A DNA stretch of 64,000 nt from Eubacteriales bacterium (GTDB lineage: Bacteria; Bacillota; Clostridia; Oscillospirales; CAG-272): positions 68,551 through 132,550 of the forward strand of contig JAZKXO010000079.1 of the NCBI GenBank assembly GCA_045611685.1, read 5' to 3'. Under the pieces are notes generated by a model. The model was not told where the DNA came from, made no database searches, and saw nothing but the letters and a program-made list of their open reading frames with translations. This document shows positions 18,267-25,583 of this stretch, in pieces. Position 1 is the stretch's first letter; every line of letters starts with the position of its first letter. Position numbers and translations under genes: made by a program.

Positions 18267-19442
18267 TCAGTGGATGCCGATCTCCGCCGTTTCGGCAATA
18301 TCGGCAATGCATACGGCACGCCCCACGATCCGGCAGACGCCATCTTCAAAAATGCGCTCCGTTTCGATCTCGAGGATCTCCGCATCCCGAAGAAGCCTCT
18401 CCATCTCTTTTTGATAGAGGATCATAGCGTCTGCAAACGCCTCTTCCTCTGTAACCGTTACCGTTTCAACGGCGGTCTCAAGGACCGTCTCGGTAGTAAT
18501 ATAGATGGGAAGCAAGAGCCCACCCGGCAATGATACCTGCTTATCCGTTATTATTGTATCATAAGTTGCATACTCAATTCCAGTATTTCTAAAAAGTTTT
18601 ATCTCTTTCGCGAAAATTCTTACGGTTTTTTTCGTTTTTTCCGCCCCCGTAAAGACGGTTTTCGTTCTCACAAGGGGAGATTCCGCTTCGATCACCCGAT
18701 TCACCTGTGCCAGAACCTCGCCTTTGGCATATTCGTACCGAAGGCCGTCCTCCCCTATCGTAAGCAGTCCGCTTATGAGAAGATCACCCTTTCGGACGAT
18801 ATCTCCGCGCTGGACTTCGGCGCGTCCGCACACCAGTCGAACCTCAAAAATCTGCCCGTCCTCAGCGGCAATCAGATTGGCGGCAGGGCTTCCCGACTCC
18901 CCACGGGATCTCGATCCAAGGTTCTCCCTCACCTCCACGTGCGCGAGCGTTCCCTCCATATTGACGGCGATCCACGCAATCTCGTCCGTAGTCAGAAGAA
19001 AATCGTTCTGAAGCACGTCAAAATCAATCTTGCGGAATCTCGTTCCCACACCAAACCCGAACTCCGAAAGCATCGATACAATTTCCTTATCAGGTAGCTT
19101 TTCATTGCCTGTTACGGACACCTCCCACACGACCGTCGTGGATTGCCACACGAGAACGGCAAACAAAATCACACCGACGAGTATTCCCCACCGTCCGCGG
19201 TATCGGTGGAGGAGCGACGGCAATCCGCGTTCCCGATCCCCACGGGCGAACGAACACCGCACGAGAAACCGACGGGCATCCGGGAGAAGCATGCGAAAAG
19301 ACAATCCGCCGTCCTCTGTGTTTTTCATGTGCCACGATAGAAGGTTTTCGTCGTGAAGGAGATTCAGAACCTCCACCGCATGCTCGTGCGGCACGAAAAC
19401 CGTTTGCCAGCCCGAGAGCCAGTTCAGAACACTTTTCATCAT
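18267..19442 (-). CDS. yqfD: sporulation protein YqfD
   Basis: 391 aa with one central TM segment. The order yqfC-yqfD-phoH-ybeY is conserved synteny in spore formers. The gene overlaps yqfC by 4 nt. Confidence 0.8.
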   Translation of the reverse strand: MMKSVLNWLSGWQTVFVPHEHAVEVLNLLHDENLLSWHMKNTEDGGLSFRMLLPDARRFLVRCSFARGDRERGLPSLLHRYRGRWGILVGVILFAVLVWQSTTVVWEVSVTGNEKLPDKEIVSMLSEFGFGVGTRFRKIDFDVLQNDFLLTTDEIAWIAVNMEGTLAHVEVRENLGSRSRGESGSPAANLIAAEDGQIFEVRLVCGRAEVQRGDIVRKGDLLISGLLTIGEDGLRYEYAKGEVLAQVNRVIEAESPLVRTKTVFTGAEKTKKTVRIFAKEIKLFRNTGIEYATYDTIITDKQVSLPGGLLLPIYITTETVLETAVETVTVTEEEAFADAMILYQKEMERLLRDAEILEIETERIFEDGVCRIVGRAVCIADIAETAEIGIH

Positions 19443-19756
19443 GGCTTTCTCTCCGCGTTTTCAAAATACACGGCGCATATTTCCCCTCGCAGCGTTACGC
19501 GGTCGGCAATCATCGTCTGCATTTGTAGGCATCTGCCTATAATTCGAACACATCCTTCTCTGACGCGGAGCAGGACCGTGTCAGTTTCATACTCCAGAAC
19601 GCTGTCGCAGCCGCTTACCACCGCTTCACGGCTCCCCTTAACTTCCACAATACTGATCGGTGAAAAACACTCCGCCGGCACGTCGAGCGCGTCCGAAATC
19701 CGCTCGGAGATCCTCGTTCTCACACTTTTCAGTCCCGTTCTTTTGGAAGAGCGCAT
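19439..19756 (-). CDS. yqfC: YabP/YqfC-family sporulation protein
   Basis: 105 aa. The segment ...VEVKGSREAVVSGCDSVLEYETDTVLLRV...IIG... fits the YabP/YqfC fold pattern. Confidence 0.8.
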   Translation of the reverse strand: MRSSKRTGLKSVRTRISERISDALDVPAECFSPISIVEVKGSREAVVSGCDSVLEYETDTVLLRVREGCVRIIGRCLQMQTMIADRVTLRGEICAVYFENAERKP

Positions 19757-19852
19757 CTATTTTTCTCCTTTTGTTCATATGATAAAACGGGCACACCGCC
19801 GAATAGGGGCAAGTACCCTTTTTACTACAACATATGCGAAAGGATTTCGGAT

Positions 19853-20953
19853 ATGCGAAACGATCACAAAGCCTCATCCTCACGGTACGCCGTCGCCGTT
19901 TTGGCCGGTGCCGTTCTCCTTCTGGCGGAGTCGAATGTCGTGGGAGATGCTGCGTTAAATGCTTTAAAACTATGCGCTACCGTCATTATTCCGTCCCTTT
20001 TTCCCTACATGGTCATCGCCGGCATGATGGTGTCCCTCGGCGCCGCCGATCTGATCGGAAAATGGACCCGCCCGTTTTGCCGCCGCTTCTTTCGTCTGCC
20101 GGGTGAGTCTGCGGGTGCGATCCTTCTCGGCGCCCTTTGCGGATTTCCCGTAGGTGCACAGACCGCCTCGTCGTTGTTTGAACAAAAACGCCTCACCCCC
20201 GACGAGGCGGAGCGTCTGATTGCAATCGCCAACAATACCGGCCCCGCCTTCGTCATTGAGGTGGTAGGTGCGCACTGTTGGGGCAACCGTGGCTTTGGCC
20301 TGTTCGTATACGTTTCACAAATCGTAACCGCTTTCTTGATCGGTACCCTATACGCTCGATTCTCGCATAAAACGGAAAATTCAAAAAAAGCGGATCCCCC
20401 CAAAAGGGCACGGTATGCACCGAAAACGGATCTTCTCACTACACTTGCCGAAAACGTATCAAAAGCAGCCCTCTCCGTGCTCATCGTTTCGGGGTTCGTC
20501 GTGTTTTTCGCGGTCGTCCTTTCTCTGCTCTCCCGCATCCTTTCAAAGATCGGCGCGGATTTTCTTCTTCCCATCGTGGGCGTACTTCTCGAGTTCACAA
20601 GCGGAACGGCGCTTTCCGCAAAGCTTGGCGGAACGCTCGGTGCATTTCTGACGGGACTCGCGGTTGGCTGGTCGGGGATTTCCGTGTTTGCACAGTCTAA
20701 AGTGTTTACTTCCCCCCTCTCACTTCGTCTCACACCCGCCGCCGTCTCAAAAGCAATTCAAGGAGTACTCACCGGCGGTGCCGCCGCGCTGTATTACCGC
20801 TTTTTCTTTACCCGCTCGGTTTCTGTTTCCAGCTGTATCCCGATCACCGATACCCCCGAAATGCTCGTCCTCGGCGAGGTCGTACTCCTCATCCTTTTCT
20901 GCCTCGTCCCCGCTTTATACGAAAAAAAAGAGCGCCGCACCCGTCCCTCTTGA
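19853..20953 (+). CDS. ylbJ: sporulation integral membrane protein YlbJ (nucleoside-recognition/Gate domain)
   Basis: 366-aa polytopic protein. The segments ALKLCATVIIPSLFPYMVIAGM and GESAGAILLGALCGFPVGAQ are typical of YlbJ. Confidence 0.75.
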   Translation: MRNDHKASSSRYAVAVLAGAVLLLAESNVVGDAALNALKLCATVIIPSLFPYMVIAGMMVSLGAADLIGKWTRPFCRRFFRLPGESAGAILLGALCGFPVGAQTASSLFEQKRLTPDEAERLIAIANNTGPAFVIEVVGAHCWGNRGFGLFVYVSQIVTAFLIGTLYARFSHKTENSKKADPPKRARYAPKTDLLTTLAENVSKAALSVLIVSGFVVFFAVVLSLLSRILSKIGADFLLPIVGVLLEFTSGTALSAKLGGTLGAFLTGLAVGWSGISVFAQSKVFTSPLSLRLTPAAVSKAIQGVLTGGAAALYYRFFFTRSVSVSSCIPITDTPEMLVLGEVVLLILFCLVPALYEKKERRTRPS

Positions 20954-20978
20954 TTTTTGCCGAAATATCTGCTATACT
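20950..20978 (+). promoter_or_regulatory. sigma-A-like promoter for the 72-aa ORF
   Basis: TTGATT (20950-20955), a 17-nt spacer, then TATACT (20973-20978). Confidence 0.45.
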
Positions 20979-21009
20979 GTACGTAGACTTTAATGGATGG
21001 TGAAAAGTT

Positions 21010-21228
21010 ATGCCGAAACAGACGAAGGCGAGACCGGAACTTGACAAACTTTGTAAATACTGCGAGCTTGCGGCGTCCCTCAGCGATCCCGATTCGATGC
21101 TCTGCAAGAAACGCGGCGTTGTAAACGCAGGCTATCACTGCCGCGCCTTCCGCTACGATCCGCTCAAGCGCGATCCCGGAACTGCACCGAAGCTTCAACC
21201 GTTTACGCCGCCCGAAACCGATCTGTAA
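21010..21228 (+). CDS. small Cys-rich hypothetical protein (72 aa)
   Basis: Product MPKQTKARPELDKLCKYCELAA...LCKKRGVVNAGYHCRAF, with CxxC plus C plus HC as possible Zn ligands. It has its own promoter-like element and terminator. Confidence 0.55.
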   Translation: MPKQTKARPELDKLCKYCELAASLSDPDSMLCKKRGVVNAGYHCRAFRYDPLKRDPGTAPKLQPFTPPETDL

Positions 21229-21236
21229 AACTGAAA

Positions 21237-21278
21237 ACGCAGAGGAATGGCTACGCCCGCCTCTGCGTTTCTTTTTCT
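21237..21278 (+). terminator. rho-independent terminator
   Basis: ACGCAGAGG (21237-21245) pairs with CCTCTGCGT (21260-21268), followed by TTCTTTTTCTC. Confidence 0.8.
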
Positions 21279-21313
21279 CAGGCGCGGTTTCCCTATTTTT
21301 TCACACACAACTG

Positions 21314-21342
21314 TTTACAAACCGTCTGAAAGATGATATAAT
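21314..21342 (+). promoter_or_regulatory. sigma-A-type promoter for prfB
   Basis: TTTACA (21314-21319), a 17-nt spacer, then TATAAT (21337-21342). Confidence 0.6.
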
Positions 21343-21402
21343 AACGGTGTGTGCCTTAATGTACGTTATGACATAAATTCCTGTCCGCACACGGAGGATA
21401 TT

Positions 21403-22515
21403 TTGATTATTGCACTTGAACAAGCAAAACAGGAGCTGAACGCGTTCAGCGGTCAACTCATCGAACTGGGCAAAGCACTCCGTATTGAGGCTTTGCGCGA
21501 GCAGGCAGAAACGCTCGAAGAAAAATCCCAATCCCCCGATTTCTGGAACGATCAGGAAAAGTCCACAAAATCTCTCCAGCAGTTAAAGCAGCTGAAAGAT
21601 AAAATCGAACGGTACGATTCTCTGGTACAGCGCCTCGAGGACACCGTCATGATGGCAGAAATGGCCATCGAGGAAAACGACGAAAGCGTAACGGACGAGA
21701 TCCTCGCCGAAAAGGAACAGATTTTTGCAGACGCCGAAAAGCAGCGCATCGAGGTTCTTCTCTCCGGTCAGTACGATAAAAACAACGCGATCGTGTCATT
21801 CCACCCGGGTGCGGGAGGCACGGAGGCGCAGGACTGGGCACAGATGCTTTACCGCATGTATACGAGATGGGGCGAATCCCACGGCTTCACTGTAAAGCTT
21901 GCCGATTGGCTGGACGGCGATGAAGCGGGACTCAAATCCGCGACCATCATCGTAGAGGGTGAAAATGCCTACGGCTATCTGAAGAGTGAAAACGGCGTGC
22001 ACCGTCTCGTGCGCGTGTCCCCCTTTGACTCTTCGGGACGACGCCATACCTCGTTCGCTTCCGTTGAGGTAATGCCGGAATTCAGTGATGAGGACGCGGA
22101 TATCGAAATTCGCGAGGAAGACCTTGAGATCACCGCGCACCGCTCAAGCGGCGCCGGCGGTCAGCATATCAACAAAACGGACTCCGCTATCCGTATTGTC
22201 CATATTCCGACGGGGATCGTCGTCGGATGCCAGACGGAAAGAAGCCAGCTGCAGAACAAAGAAACTGCACTCAAAATGCTGAAAAGTAAGCTTTTGGAGA
22301 TCAAAGAGCGCGAAAAACTCGAACGCATCGAGGATATTCAGGGCGCCAAGGTAAACATCGAATGGGGCTCCCAGATCCGCTCCTACGTCTTTATGCCGTA
22401 CACGCTCGCCAAGGATACCCGCACCGGTTTTGAGGTAGCGGATATCGGTGCGGTTATGGACGGCGAGATCGACGGATTTATTAACGCATACCTGAAAATG
22501 AACGCCGAGCAGTAA
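21403..22515 (+). CDS. prfB: peptide chain release factor 2, encoded in a single frame with no programmed +1 frameshift
   Basis: Carries the GGQ motif (SGAGGQHINKTDSA) and the SPF tripeptide (VSPFDSSGRRHTSFA). The TTG start at 21403 lies 5 nt after GGAGG and gives 370 aa. Confidence 0.9.
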   Translation: MIIALEQAKQELNAFSGQLIELGKALRIEALREQAETLEEKSQSPDFWNDQEKSTKSLQQLKQLKDKIERYDSLVQRLEDTVMMAEMAIEENDESVTDEILAEKEQIFADAEKQRIEVLLSGQYDKNNAIVSFHPGAGGTEAQDWAQMLYRMYTRWGESHGFTVKLADWLDGDEAGLKSATIIVEGENAYGYLKSENGVHRLVRVSPFDSSGRRHTSFASVEVMPEFSDEDADIEIREEDLEITAHRSSGAGGQHINKTDSAIRIVHIPTGIVVGCQTERSQLQNKETALKMLKSKLLEIKEREKLERIEDIQGAKVNIEWGSQIRSYVFMPYTLAKDTRTGFEVADIGAVMDGEIDGFINAYLKMNAEQ

Positions 22516-22540
22516 TTTCTCACGGCAAGGAGGATACCGC

Positions 22541-23293
22541 ATGAACGCCGATACCGTACTCTTTGAGGGCATGACCTCCATTCGCGCAGTGATCGAAGGC
22601 GGGCGGAATGGTGTGCACGATCGGCGAATTCTCCGCGTTTTCATTGATCACACGAAGAAAGAAAGCCGAGCAAAAGAGATCGGCTACCTCAAAGCCGTTG
22701 GGGTTGAAATGGGCTTTCCCGTTACCGAGTGCGACGCTTCTGAGATTGACGCTTTGGTATCCGGTACAACCCACGGCGGTATCGTTGCCGAATGTACAGA
22801 CCGCGCGATCCCGTCGCTCACAGCCGATTCCCTTCCCAAAGGCGGATTCGCCGTAATGCTTGAAGGAATCGAAGACCCCTTCAATTTCGGCTACGCACTG
22901 CGCACCCTATACGCCGCAGGCGCTGACGCCGTGATCCTCTCGCCGCGTAACTGGATGCACGCCGCGGGTACCGTCTGCCGTTCATCCGCAGGTGCCTCGG
23001 AATTATTGCCTTTGTACATAGCAGATGGTATGGATGCCGCCCGTATTGCAAAAGCTGTCGGCTATAAGGTCGTATGCGCCGGCATACGCGATTCGGTCTC
23101 TGCATTCGATGCCGATCTCAAAAAACCCGTATTTCTTATCGTAGGCGGTGAGAAGCGCGGCATTTCCCGTGCGCTTCTGAATGAAGCGGACACCGTCGTC
23201 CGCCTCGATTACGGACGAGAGTTCCGCGGCTCCCTTTCCACAGCGTCCGCGGCTTCGGTTCTCGCTTACGAGATTCTGCGCCAAAACAGATAA
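22541..23293 (+). CDS. TrmH/SpoU-family RNA 2'-O-methyltransferase (RlmB-like)
   Basis: 250 aa with RBS AAGGAGG. Has SpoU knot motifs (GIEDPFNFGYALRT, LIVGGEKRGIS). Confidence 0.85.
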   Translation: MNADTVLFEGMTSIRAVIEGGRNGVHDRRILRVFIDHTKKESRAKEIGYLKAVGVEMGFPVTECDASEIDALVSGTTHGGIVAECTDRAIPSLTADSLPKGGFAVMLEGIEDPFNFGYALRTLYAAGADAVILSPRNWMHAAGTVCRSSAGASELLPLYIADGMDAARIAKAVGYKVVCAGIRDSVSAFDADLKKPVFLIVGGEKRGISRALLNEADTVVRLDYGREFRGSLSTASAASVLAYEILRQNR

Positions 23294-23327
23294 AAGGAGT
23301 TGTTGCATTCATAAACGCAACAACTCC
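23283..23327 (-). terminator. hairpin with a U-tail on the minus strand (distal terminator for the secA operon)
   Basis: 11-bp stem GGAGTTGTTGC (23296-23306) pairs with GCAACAACTCC (23317-23327). On the minus strand it is followed by TTTTATCTGTTTT. Confidence 0.55.
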
Positions 23328-23425
23328 GCGAGCATTCCCTTGTCCGCTGAGGCGGTCATTTTTGCCCGTTTCGGGCAAAAAATCGGGAAGTCTCGCCACA
23401 TATTCCTTTGAAATTTCAAACATTT

Positions 23426-23465
23426 GGGGCTGCCGCGTCTAAACGCGGCAGCCCCTTTTATTTTT
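23426..23465 (+). terminator. hairpin with a U-tail on the plus strand (distal terminator for prfB-trmH)
   Basis: 12-bp stem GGGGCTGCCGCG pairs with CGCGGCAGCCCC, followed by TTTTATTTTT on the plus strand. Confidence 0.65.
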
Positions 23466-24855
23466 AATATTTGTTTTCAAGCCGCTCGTAGATCGCGTCG
23501 ATAGCGCCTGATACCGCGTAAATCACAAGAACTGTAAAGACGCACGAGCACGCGATGTGGAGAATCCACAGTTCCGGATAATACATCGCAGTAGTAAACG
23601 AAGTAGCACGAAGGCCTAAAAATACTGTTCCGCCAAAGCCCACAGCAATCATACGGGCATACACACCCCGCATGATCTCCCTCGTGCGTTCCATCGGATC
23701 GTACTGCGGCGCCTTATGCGTATTCGAAAGAAGCGCGGCGTGCTGTCTGAATACCCGACAGAGAATCACCGCGAACCAAAGAAACGCTACAAGAAGAAGC
23801 ACAAATTCGGCCGTTCCGACGATCCGAATGGGCTTATAGAGACGTGCGGCGTTTGTAATGAATCTGGCGGCTTTCGCTTCGTATTCCGCAAAGTACGGAA
23901 CCTGCAAAAACAAACCGACAACGGAAAGGGCGGCGGAAATGCCGGCGGGAATATAACCGTAAAGCGCGCTTTTGTCAAAGCGGGCAAGGATGCGGAGTGC
24001 GAGAGCGAGCACGCCCGCCGCAATAAACGACGGAAAAACCTGGAGTCCATCTAGTTGGAGCGGGAACAGCGCCACAGAGAAAATGAGAAACATAAGGAGA
24101 ACGTTTTTCATCTGCAGAGCCGCGAACATTCCATGATCGGAGAGAATCTCGTTTTCATAATGCGCGAAAACAGCTTCGCTCAGTTTTTCATCCTTGCGCA
24201 TACCGTTCACATAGATAAGCGTGCGCACGAGCCAAATTATTCCGATGATGAGAACGACAGCGATCTCGAGCGTGTAAAATATCGGCTTGAAATGGGCGAG
24301 TGTCACACCTGTGTGTGCATCCGCAGACAGACCCGAGCGCAGATCGAGCGCCGTGAGTTCCGGCAGGATCGAGCCCAGCGTTTTTACGATAAAGAAAACG
24401 AGCGTAAACAATTTCAATTTTTCCGAACGCTCGGTGAATTGCCCTTTCTTATCCGTTACCGGATAAAATACGCTTTGGGCATCGTACCGACGTCCCAGAT
24501 CGTAAAAGCCGTCAAAAACCTTTACAATAAACGGAATAGCGTACATAGCCTCAAGAACACCGAACGAGAACACAAGCAAAAGCGTAAACGAATCAGATTT
24601 TCCGGGGATAAACAACACGGATGCAATTCTGACCGCCGTTATAATCACCAGCTTCCAAAGAAGGCCGCGTGCATCGCGGAGCTTCTCCGTGGAAAAGGAT
24701 ATGGCAAAAAGGCCGCGGTAGATAAGGAGTAATCCGATAAAGTCCGGCAGAACATCAAAAATATGTACGTTTGGGTTAAAGAGAAAAACAATCCCCGCCG
24801 CTATGAGCGAAAAGCCTTTGGCTCTTTCTTTCGTTTTTACCATAAATGCTCCCAT
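23464..24855 (-). CDS. uncharacterised polytopic membrane protein (463 aa)
   Basis: About 10 or more hydrophobic segments and no motif I recognise. Its start overlaps the stop of the upstream ORF (TAATG). Confidence 0.7.
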   Translation of the reverse strand: MGAFMVKTKERAKGFSLIAAGIVFLFNPNVHIFDVLPDFIGLLLIYRGLFAISFSTEKLRDARGLLWKLVIITAVRIASVLFIPGKSDSFTLLLVFSFGVLEAMYAIPFIVKVFDGFYDLGRRYDAQSVFYPVTDKKGQFTERSEKLKLFTLVFFIVKTLGSILPELTALDLRSGLSADAHTGVTLAHFKPIFYTLEIAVVLIIGIIWLVRTLIYVNGMRKDEKLSEAVFAHYENEILSDHGMFAALQMKNVLLMFLIFSVALFPLQLDGLQVFPSFIAAGVLALALRILARFDKSALYGYIPAGISAALSVVGLFLQVPYFAEYEAKAARFITNAARLYKPIRIVGTAEFVLLLVAFLWFAVILCRVFRQHAALLSNTHKAPQYDPMERTREIMRGVYARMIAVGFGGTVFLGLRATSFTTAMYYPELWILHIACSCVFTVLVIYAVSGAIDAIYERLENKY

Positions 24856-25580
24856 TACTTACGTTTGGATTTTTGTTTGCGCTTCACGCGGAGGTAGCCG
24901 GGTTCAGCCTCTTCGGCATTTTTCGACGGCGTTTTTCGATCTTTTTTCGGACGGAGATACGCATTATCAAACACCTCATCCGCTTTTTGATTAAATCGGT
25001 TAATAAACGCAAAGCGGCTCGGTGTGCGCTCACCGCTCTGTTGCCCTTCAAGACAGATGCGGCAATAACAGGAGTGGATGAGAATGCCATTGAGTATGAG
25101 TATAACGAGTCCGAAAACCGTAATCACCAAAGAAGCGATATTGCCGATGATCCCAAGATACGGCAAAAGAATCACCGCGGCGATATAACCGAAATAATAA
25201 AGCAGAAGATAGAGGATATTGCGCTTTGCGTGCTCTGCTTCCTTCGGAAGATCAACCTTCAGCGCTATGAAATAGATGCCGGCAAGGATAAAGAACTGCA
25301 AAGAGAGAGACGCCACCGCAATACCGAAGCTGAACGCCTTTACGACAAAGCCGTCTGCGGGAATCATTTTGAACATAAGGAGAACCGTACGGGAAAGGCA
25401 CAGAAATATGTACGCGATATCCGCCCACATCGCACGGTAAAAGTTTTTACCGTGCGCCGAAAGCTTTGATAGGCCCAAAAGCATCAAAGCGCCGCCGACG
25501 ATGTCGAAAAAGAAGTACATATCGGCTAAAGTGAAGGCGAACGCCATGAAATAGCCGAGCAAAAGATATCCGAATCCCAT
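24855..25580 (-). CDS. uncharacterised membrane protein (241 aa) with a basic, Cys-containing C-terminal tail
   Basis: About 6 hydrophobic segments, then CYCRIC and a K/R-rich tail. It starts 3 nt after the secA stop. Confidence 0.7.
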   Translation of the reverse strand: MGFGYLLLGYFMAFAFTLADMYFFFDIVGGALMLLGLSKLSAHGKNFYRAMWADIAYIFLCLSRTVLLMFKMIPADGFVVKAFSFGIAVASLSLQFFILAGIYFIALKVDLPKEAEHAKRNILYLLLYYFGYIAAVILLPYLGIIGNIASLVITVFGLVILILNGILIHSCYCRICLEGQQSGERTPSRFAFINRFNQKADEVFDNAYLRPKKDRKTPSKNAEEAEPGYLRVKRKQKSKRK

Positions 25581-25583
25581 AGA

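Noticed and set aside
19757-19852. CATATGA-type motifs in the yqfC/ylbJ divergent region could be sigma-E -10 boxes.
   Set aside because: They match the CATACAHT consensus only partially, and no ZHATAXX -35 lies at the correct 14-nt spacing on either strand. They fall well short of the spoIVA promoter match.
21349-21402. The upstream extension of the prfB ORF might encode a short first frame for a +1 frameshift.
   Set aside because: The extension has no RBS and contains the promoter -10 region. The TTG at 21403 with GGAGG gives a normal-length RF2, and no CTT TGA site is present.
23136-23423. A 95-aa minus-strand ORF starts in the hairpin-rich trmH/secA-operon spacer.
   Set aside because: It has no RBS, starts immediately after a terminator stem, and most of it overlaps the trmH 3' end antisense. 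Its composition is Arg/Gly-rich and non-protein-like.
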